DNA from: Malacoraja senta
Lineage: Eukaryota
Direction: 5' to 3'
DNA: 64,000 nucleotides
NCBI GenBank assembly: GCA_038087875.1
Contig: CM075996.1
Location: forward strand, 6,636,001 to 6,700,000
Shown: positions 54,572 to 64,000 of the stretch, in pieces
How positions within the stretch are numbered: the stretch's first letter is position 1
How the letters are laid out: each line of letters opens with the position of its first letter
Notes under the pieces: generated by a model
The model's database searches: none
What the model saw: only the letters and a program-made list of their open reading frames with translations
What the model was told of the DNA's origin: nothing
Program-made: the position numbers and the translations under genes

Positions 54572-54771
54572 NNNNNNNNNNNNNNNNNNNNNNNNNNNNN
54601 NNNNNNNNNNNNNNNNNNNNNNNNNNNNNNNNNNNNNNNNNNNNNNNNNNNNNNNNNNNNNNNNNNNNNNNNNNNNNNNNNNNNNNNNNNNNNNNNNNNN
54701 NNNNNNNNNNNNNNNNNNNNNNNNNNNNNNNNNNNNNNNNNNNNNNNNNNNNNNNNNNNNNNNNNNNNNNN
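54572..54771. other. Assembly gap (200 N)
   Basis: Run of N. Confidence 1.
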
Positions 54772-56774
54772 GGCCTCAAGAGGGGACATTATTGAGGTTT
54801 ATAAAATTACAAGGAGTTTATAAAATTACAAGCATCTCAAGATGCTTTCAAGAGAGAGCTAGATAGGGCTCTGAAAGATAGGGGATATGGGGAGAAGGCA
54901 GGAACGGGGTACTGATTGGGGATGATCAGCCATGATCACATAAGGGCAGAATGGCCTACTCCTGCATCTATTGTCTATTGTATCTCGATGTGGTGGGCTG
55001 CAAGAAACTTTTCCCCGTACTAGAAGTAGACAGAACTAGAGGACATGGGTTTAGGGCAAGGGGGAAGAGATTCAATGGGGATATGAGGGAGACCTCCTTC
55101 AATGGTCCTATGGCACTTTATTGTCATGTGTACCAAGGTGCAGCCAAATTCCATTTTTGCATTTCACATTTTTCACATTTCAGTAAAAGTATTACCATAC
55201 ATAAGCACGATCTTTGTTAAGTACAAGTGCAAAGGAATAGTACACTGAAACAGTATGCAAGAGTCGCCATGTTCACATAATCTTGGAGCAGAATTAGGCC
55301 ATTCGGCACATCAGGTCTACTCCGCCATTCAATCATGGCTGATCTTTCTTTCCCTCTCAGCCCCATTCTCCTGCCTTCTCCACATAACCCTTGACACCCG
55401 TAATAGTGGACAATCTGTCAAGCTTCACCTTTAAACTATTCAGCGAACAAGAGGATTGCGCTGTTCAGTCTGAACATAAGATAACAGGACCAGGAGTAGG
55501 CCATTCAGCCCTTCAATCTGTTCTGCCATTCAGTGTCATCATGGCTGATCCAGTTTCAGCCTCAACAACAAGTCGTCTGTAAAGTTTATCAGACTTTATT
55601 CATAAATTCATAAGTGATAGCAGCAGAATTAGGCCATTCGGCCCATCAAGTCTACTTCACCATTCAATCATGGCTGATCTATCTTTCCCTCTCAACCCCA
55701 TTCTCCTGCCTTCTCCCCATAACCCCTGACAACTTTTTGTGCCACTCTTCAACTTTCAAGTCCAAATTGTCATAGAGTCACAGAGTCATACAGCTGGGAT
55801 ACAGACCCTTAGGTCCAACTTTCCCACACTGACCAACATGTCACATCCACACTAGTGCCACCTGCCTGCGTTTGCCCCATATCCCTCTAAACCTGTCCCA
55901 TCCATGTACCAGTCTAAATGTTTCTTAAACACAGCGATAATACCAGCCTCAACTGCCTCCTCCAGCAGCTGGTTTCATACACGCACCACCCGTTGTGTGA
56001 AAAAAGTTAATCCTTAGCCTCCTATTAAATCTTTCCCCCCCTCACCTTAAACCTATGTTTTCTGTTTCTCAAATTATTTTACCTATAAAGTTTTAACTTG
56101 ACCATAAAGGCCTGTTTTGCTGGCGGAGTTGTAATTGTTCTGTCGTCGAAGTGGTTTTAAATTAAATTCTGCCAGCCCAGTTGTTTGTGATGCATCTGTC
56201 ACAACCACGTGGCATTAAATGTAAATAACTCACAACCGGGTCACCGTGAAGTGGGGTGGATCTTGTGACAACCGACCTGGGTGTTGGTTTCACTTCTCTG
56301 GGAACGTAGTTAACTTGTAAAAAAAAAAAGAGACTTGTGCTTTAAAAACAAATGAAAGATGGCAATATTTCTCAATTCATCAATCTGAAGAAGGGTCTCG
56401 ACCAGAAACGCCACCCATTCTTTCTCTCCAGCGATGCTGCCTGTCCCGCTGAGTTACTCCAGCATTTTGTGTCTCTCGTCCATTTAAACCAGCATCTGCA
56501 GTTCTTTCCCACACAAATATTTTCCAACGTGCACAGAGCATTAACAACAGATCAGATCAACAACAAAATTACAGGGTCGGACTGGCCAAGAAGGTGGTTG
56601 ACGTCCTCCACTGCTGCTCCACCGCTCCGTGCGCTCGGCCTCTTGAAGCACCTCCCGATCCAGTCGAGCCCCAGGCTGCTGCAGGGCCTCCAGACAGAGA
56701 GTGGTTAGTACCCGGAATGCACTGCCTGAGTGTGTTTGAAGATCTGGCAATGGCAGCATTTAAGAAGTGTTTAG

Positions 56775-57283
56775 ATGCCATAGAGGGAGTACAGAGAAGG
56801 TTCACCAGACTGATTCCTGGGATGGCAGGACTTTCATATGAAGACTGGATAGACTTGGCTTGTACTCGCTAGAATTTAGAAGATTGAGGGGGGATCTCAT
56901 AGAAACTTACAAGATTCTTAAGGGGTTGGACAGGCTAGATGCAGGAAGATTGTTCCCGATGTTGGGGAAGTCCAGAACAAGGGGTCATAGTTTAAGGATA
57001 AGGGGGAAGTCTTTTAGGACCGAGATGAGAGAAAAAAAATTTCACACAGAGAGTGGTGAATCTGTGGAATTCTCTGCCACAGAAGGTAGTTGAGGCCTGT
57101 TCATTGGCTATATTTAAGAGGGAGTTAGATGTGGCCCTTGTGGCTAAAGGGATCAGGGGGTATGGAGAGAAGACAGGTACAGGATACTGAGTTGGATGAT
57201 CAGCCATGATCATATTGAATGGCGGTGCAGGCTTGAAGGGCCGAATGGCCTACTCCTGCACCTATTTTCTACGTTTCTATGTT
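56775..57283 (+). mobile_element. CR1 LINE 3' fragment
   Basis: AIEGVQRRFTRLIPGMAGLSY..SRTRGHSL; CR1 3' UTR. Confidence 0.88.
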
Positions 57284-59359
57284 CATTTGAATTACCCCGG
57301 CATAGAAGGCGACAAACCAAGTGATGGGATTATTGCGAATGGGTGCCAACTGGTCAGTGTGGATGAGTTGAGCCGAATGGCCTAAGATTCAACGAGGATG
57401 GAGTGGATAGAGGGAACGTGGAGAGGATGTTTCCACTAGTGGGAGAGTCTAGGACCAGAGGTCACAGCCTCAGAAGAAAAGGACGTTCCTTTAGAAAGGA
57501 GATGGGGTAGAATTTATTTTGTCAGAGGGTGGTGAATCTGTGGAATTCATACCACAGACAATCTATTTGATCCTTTTGTTATTTTATGGTGAGCCAGATG
57601 CAATGAAATTTCGTTCAGATTTGCATTTGTTGGTGTATTTTTGAAAGACAATAAAGTCTTTTGATTGATTGTGGAGGCCAAGTCAATGGATATATTTAAG
57701 GTGGAGATTGACTGATTTTTGATTAGTAAGGGTGTCAGAGGTTGTCGGGCGAAGGCAGGAGAATGGGGTTGAGAGGGATAGATCAGCCACGATTGAAAGG
57801 TGGAGTAGACTTGATGGGCCGAATGGCCTTATTCTGCTCCAAGAATGTATGAACTTATGAAGGTGAGGTTCTCCCTCAGCCTAATATGTTTAAAGCCACA
57901 ACAACTCTGGAAAGGCTTCATGCTGGTAGAAGGTCTGTTGTTAACACACTGTGTATGTCGGGGGAAAAAATGTGCATTCTTACATTTGTTTTAAAATGCT
58001 AAGTTTATTTTTTGCAAGTTAACTACGTTCCCGGGGACGTGAAACCCACGCCCAGGTCAGTTGTCACAAGATCCACGTCACTTCACCCTGACCCGGCTGT
58101 GAGTTGTTTACATTTAATGCCACGTGATTGTGACTGACCCGTCTCACAAACGCATCCAAACCACTGGGCCGGCAGAAATGATTTAAAAACCACTACTGCG
58201 ACAGAACAATTACTAAGCTGGACTTGTCCCAATTGTACATGGTTGGACGGTCTCTGTTATCCAGTCGCTTGCATAGATGTGGTGAATCCTTTTAATGAAG
58301 GGGGAAAATGGCGGTTTTGCTCCCTGCAGAACTGTGGCAAGGTTTGTTGGCTGCATTCTGATGGTCACTTTCCCCTCAATCTACACGTGGATTCTGGAAT
58401 TTAAGAACCACATTCAAAGCGTGCTTTTTATTTGTATGCCAACTCAGAGCTGTGTTCAATTTATACCGTGTGAGAAGCAACCGCAGGTGCTGGTTTAAAC
58501 CGAAGAGAGACTTATACTTCTGATTGCAGCCAGATGCTGTAAATATCCCAGCGCCATACAAGAAACGGGCCACTCGGCCCACTATGCATATGCCAGCACT
58601 CTCAGGCGACCTTTCACGTTTTCCGTAACCCCAGTAATTTTATAGGGCCACAAGACAGGAGTAGAATTAGGCCATTTGGCCCCTCGAGTCTGCTCTGCCA
58701 TTTGATCATGGCTAATCTATTTTTCCCTCTCAACCCCATTCTCCTGCCTTCTCACCATAACCTTTGACGCCCATACCAATCAAGAACCTATCATTCTCCG
58801 CTTTAAAAATACCCAATGACTTGGCCTCCACAGCCGTCTGTGGCAATGAAATCCACAGATTCACCACCCTCTGGCTAAAGACATTCCTCCTCGTCTCCAT
58901 TCTAAAGGTACATCCTTTTTCTTCTCAGGCTGTGCCCTCTGGTCCTGGCTTTCTTCCACCACTGGAAACATCTTCTCCACATCCAGGCCTTTCATTATTT
59001 GTGGATTTTTTAGTTTTCCTTCCTCAAATTCATTTGATTTGCTTTCATGATATGTCTAGTTGAATTAGGTCAATGAATTTTCCTTCCCTGCAACTTGCTC
59101 TGTTTAAAAAACACACTCTTCTCCTCTCTCCTTTAGTTATTTTGCCAATTATTTTAAATTGCGTCTCTATTGATTCTCCTCTTTTGGAAACAGTTCCTCA
59201 CAATTTAATCTGCTAGAATTACCATTTAGCATTACTGGTGCAATTTGCATCTCAGAAACTAATTTTCAGCAAGCAATGACCATAATTTTTGGTGGACTGG
59301 AATGATATATAGGTGAGCATTATAATTTCCGGGGGGGGGGGGGAAGAACAAACATGTGG

Positions 59360-59802
59360 AACAACACCTCCGCTCGGTTCGCAATAACCAACCTGATCTC
59401 ACGGTGGCTCAGCACTTCAACCCCCCCTCCCATTCCGAATCCGACCTTTCTGTCCAGGGCCTCCTCCATGGCCAGTGAGGCCCACTGCAAATATGAGGAG
59501 CTGCACCTCATATTTCGCTTGGGTAGTTTACAACCCACGGTATGGACATTGACTTCTCTAATTTCAGGTAGTCCCTGCTTTCTCCTTCTTTCCCCTGCAC
59601 CTCCCAGCTCTCCCACAGCCCACTGTCTCCGCCTCTTCCTTTCTTCTTCCCGCCCCCCCACCCCCACATCAGTCTGAAGAAGGGTCTTGACCCGAAAGGT
59701 CGCCTATTTCCTTCGCTCCATAGATGCTGCCTCACCCGCTGAGATTCTCCAGCATTTTTGTCTACCTTCGATTTTCCAGCATCTGCAGTTCCTTCTTAAA
59801 CA
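59360..59802 (+). mobile_element. Penelope-like element 3' end
   Basis: Closely similar to 50505-50937. Confidence 0.85.
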
Positions 59803-62800
59803 TATGGTTTATATGGTGCCTTACATTTGCTCAGCAGATCTCAACTAACTTTAGGTATTCATGAAGGACCGGAAAGGCTAATCTTTAGTGTGTAGGATGG
59901 AACTGCCAATGCTGGTTTAAATCTAAAGTCTATTCTTTCATGTGTGGATGCATTGACTGATGTGATCAATGCATAATTGCATAATCCTGGATTGATACAA
60001 CAAAAAAAAATCCCGCAAGCCCTCTTTAAAAGAGCATAGAATAGTACAGCATAGGACAGGCCCTTTGGTCCAAGATGACTGTGCTGAACATGATAATAAC
60101 TTGTTAAAACAAAGTTTGCCTCAGAGGGCGGTGGAGGCAGGTTCTCTGGATGCTTTCAAGAGAGAGCTAGATAGGGCTCTTAAAGATAGCGGAGTCAGGG
60201 GATATGGGGAGAAGGCAAGAACGGGGTACTGATTGTGGATGATCAGCCATGATCACATTGAATGGCTGTGCTGGCTCGAAGGGCCGCATGGCCTACTCCT
60301 GCACCTATTGTCTATAGTCTATTGTCTAAGCTCCTCTGCCTGCACGTGCTAAGAAATATCTTGACCAACTGTTCTCTCGACCTGAAACGTTATTCTCTCC
60401 ACTTCAGCCTGTCCCGCTGAGTTACTCCAGCATTTTGTGTCTTAACTGGTTTGGTATAAACCAGTATCTGCAGTTCTAAAATAAGATGTGGCTTTAGTCT
60501 GGAGATACAGCATGGAAACAGGCCCTTTGGCCCACCGAGTCCATGGTGATTATTGATCACTCGTTCACTCTAGTTCTATGTTATCCCACTTTCTCATTAA
60601 CTCCCGACACACTGGGGACTGTTTACAGTGGTCAATCACCCAACAAACCCGCACATCTTTGGGATATGGGAGGAAACCGGAGCACCCGGAGGCAGCCAGT
60701 CAGCCCATTCTAACCGTGCTGGCGAATGAGATAAATTGTGAGAAACTTTGTATTTGTGTGGCCATCACTGGCAAAGCCTTCAGGCAGTATATAATCCTTC
60801 CCAAGCAGGCCAGATTGAAGTGACTGAATTCCAGATTTATTTATTGAACTGAATTTCATCCCCCAGCTGCCGTGGTGGGATTCGAACTTGTGAACAGTCG
60901 CACTCGGTCCGTCAAGGCCTGCAGGATGTCCCGACCAATCATTTCAACTCCCCTTCCCATTCCCACACTGACTTTAGTGTCCAGGGCCTCCTCCATTGCC
61001 TGAGTGAGGCCACACGCAAATTGGAGAAACAGCAACCTCATATTTTGCTTGCGTTACATGTGACCCATACATACAACCCACATTATACAACCCAGCAATA
61101 TGAATGTTGAATTCTCAAATTTTAAGTAACTTACCTACTCTCTCCTCCCCTATCCCCTCTCCCCTTGCCCCCTTCCTCCACCCAAGTCATTTAACCAGTT
61201 CCACAGTTCTCCACATTGTATCCCTCTTGAGATCAAAGATGGATCACTCGACGAAAAAGACGTAGTACGGTCATGGGCAGATTCATGGGTAATTTTCGGC
61301 CCCATTTCCGTAACCGGCTTCCGTCTCCGCACCAAAGATCCCATAGCGGAGCAAAGATAACTAGTGCGGTGACGGAAGCCGGTTACGGAAACATCCTCGT
61401 AAAAATCAAAGTTTCTTTGGTAAAAATCTTCTCATTTTCAGAATTATAATTTATTAACACAAACTGTTCCCCCGCAACGTTGATTACACTGCGAGTCGGG
61501 TCGGGTTACTGAAATGGATGAAAAAAAAGCCCACCTTCCGCTCCGTTGCGTACTACACGTCAGCCCATTACATTTAGCAGGAGTGGTCTTTCCTGCTCTG
61601 CTATAGGATATTTGCTTGAGATCACACCTTCCCCTGGCCATCAACGCGCCCACCAGGGCACCACCCTGCCTGAGGTCACTTGTTGCTGCCGTTTATTAGT
61701 CCTGGTCTTTTCTCGCCTCCAGCTTTTCACCCCCTTCCCCACCCTCTACTTTCAGTCTGAAAAAAGGTCCCGACCCGAAACGTCACCTATCCTGTTTCGC
61801 CAGAGACGCTGCCTGCCCCCCACTGAGTTACTCCATGACTTTGTGTCTATCTTTGGTATAAAGCAGCATCCGCTGTGCTTTATATCTACCTTTTCCAAAG
61901 TATCGAACCCAGCTCTCTGGCATATCCTAGAACATCATAATAATAATGCTTTAGAGATCCCTTTGATAATTGTGAACCAGGCATAGCTGATGCAATGTTG
62001 TCATTCGATAAAAAACAAGTACTGACAAGTTAACTTTTAATGTTACTGCCACTTGAATTGTCCACAGAAAAATAGAACGTAAAAATAGAATGGTGTTTTC
62101 GTACAACTGAGATAATGTTCTGGAAGATATCTATCTTCAGGGCTTGAAGTCTGTTATTCTCTGAAGTGTCGTTTTAAAATGTGCTTAGATATTGGTTTGA
62201 GTCTGCAGGGAGCGTTTTGATTTGGACAAGGCTTAGAGTGAAATAGTTAGATGTTTATTTGTCAGTGCGGGTGATCATTCACTAGGAGCAGATGGCAGGT
62301 GAAAGCTGGTGAATTCACTGACTCCATGAGCATTGCTAAAAGATCAAAGTGGGCTCTGTAGCGGTAGAGTTGCTGCCTTACAGCGCCAGAGACCCAGGTT
62401 TGATCCTGACTACGGGTGCTGTCTGTACGAAGTGTGTACATTCTCCCTGTGACTGTGTGGGTTTCCTCCGGGTGCTCCGGTTTCCTCCCACAATCCAAAG
62501 ACGTGCAGGTTTGTAGGTTAATTGACTTTGGTAAAGATTGGAAATTGTCCCTAGTGTGTTGGATAGTGTTAGTGTATAGAAATCACGAGTCGGCGTGGAC
62601 TCGGTGGGCCGAAGGGCCTGTTCCGCATTGTAAATCTAAACTAAACTATTTAAATTGGCTCTGTTTTCTGTCAGTCCTCCTCTGGTTCCAACGCACTGGA
62701 TAAAGCAATGAAGTTGAAAAAGAGCCATCTCTTGAGAGAGCGTGACATTTCAGGCTAATGCTTCAAGAGTCAAGAGCGTTTTATTCAGTCTGGAGAAGGG

Positions 62801-63803
62801 TCTCGACCTGAAACGTCACCCATTCCTTCTCTCCAGAGATGCTGCCTGTCCCGCTGAGTTACTCCAGCATTTTGTGCCTATCTTCGGTTTAAACCAGCCT
62901 CTGCAGTTCCTTCCTACACAATGAAATTCTGACTTGCAGCCTCAGTGCAGTTCAAATGGAGCACTGCACCATTGGAGGTCACACCTTTCAGCAGAGACAT
63001 TAAACTGAACTCCTACCTGCTCTTTTAGGTGGAAATAAGAAGAAGAATTTGCTAAAATGTGGAAACAAAGAACTGCAAGTGCTGGTTTATACCAAAGATG
63101 GATACAAAGTGCTGGAGTAACTCAGCGGGTCAGGCAGTGTCGCTGGAGAAAATGGATGGGTGACGTTTCAGGTCGGTAGAAAGGTCCCAACCCGGAATGT
63201 CACCCATCCTTTTTTCTCCAGAGATGAGAGTGGGTCATACAGCTCACTCCCTCCATGACATACCAGTCAACCCGAGGAGTACCTTCAGCACAGACTGGTT
63301 CCACCAAGATGCAGGACAGAACGCCACAGCTTCTTCCCTGTGGCTATCAAACTGTACAACTCCTCCCCCTTCTGTTGATACAGAGTCGCTATATTATAAT
63401 AAATACTTTAATTAGAATACATACGGAGACCATCGAAATGAGTACTGTAGGCTCCGAGTCGTAGACTGACTCCTCTCCCCGGCCCCCCCCCCCCCCTCGC
63501 TCACCAAAGCTTTGCACACTTTAATTTCATGTATCTTGTGTTTTATGACAGTTGGCAGATCAATTTTCTTCCTGGAATAAATAAAGTTGTATTGTATCGT
63601 AGATGCTGCCTGATCTGCTGAGTTGCTCCAGAACTTTGCATCTCTCATTGGATGGTGTGTTATTGTTTCACAATGGAATCCATGCTGCCCATGTGAGGCC
63701 AACATTTATCCCCCTTGCAACGTTACTTAAACCAGACTTGCCTAGATATTAAGACATTGAAATTTCAAAATCCTTGCTGTGTGCAAATTGAATGGATTGT
63801 TAA

Positions 63804-64000
63804 AGGGCCTGTCCCACTGTACGAGGTAATTCAAGAGCTCTCCCGAGTAAATAAAAAAAATCAAACTCGTGGTAAGCACGTAGAATGTACGTAGCGGGTA
63901 CGTTGGAGCTCGGGGTGTCTCTTAGTGGCTCGTAACGCTAATGGCAGGTACTCGGGAAACGCGGTAAGCTCGTGAAGACTCGTGAAGATTTTTCAACATG
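63804..64000. mobile_element. Related MITE, cut by the window end
   Basis: GGGCCTGTCCCACTGTACGAG..CAAGAGCTCTCCCGAG and internal sequence similar to 46380-46590. Confidence 0.7.

Overview
Vertebrate genomic DNA, most likely a cartilaginous fish (skate/ray), judged from the repeat content (HE1-type tRNA SINEs, CR1/HER1-type LINEs). Two genes lie head-to-head. GTPBP1 is on the minus strand: 11 coding exons traced from the ATG at 26637 down to 3404, all GT-AG; the last exon was not found, and exon 7 carries an apparent +1 frameshift. JOSD1 is on the plus strand: CpG-island promoter near 37.8-38.2 kb and first coding exon 39659-39834; later exons were not found. Between the promoters sits a decayed BEL/Pao LTR retrotransposon with four nested insertions. 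Introns are dense in CR1, SINEs, Penelope-like (GIY-YIG) fragments and MITEs. The most notable signal is a hammerhead-ribozyme-like core (CTGAAGA-A-GGGT[4-nt loop]RCCC-GAAACGTC), present in well over a dozen intact or degenerate copies. It occurs at Penelope 3' ends and in short fold-back elements flanked by 11-18 bp target-site duplications (TSDs). There are two 200-N assembly gaps. Gene and repeat identities rest on recalled sequence similarity, not on database searches.
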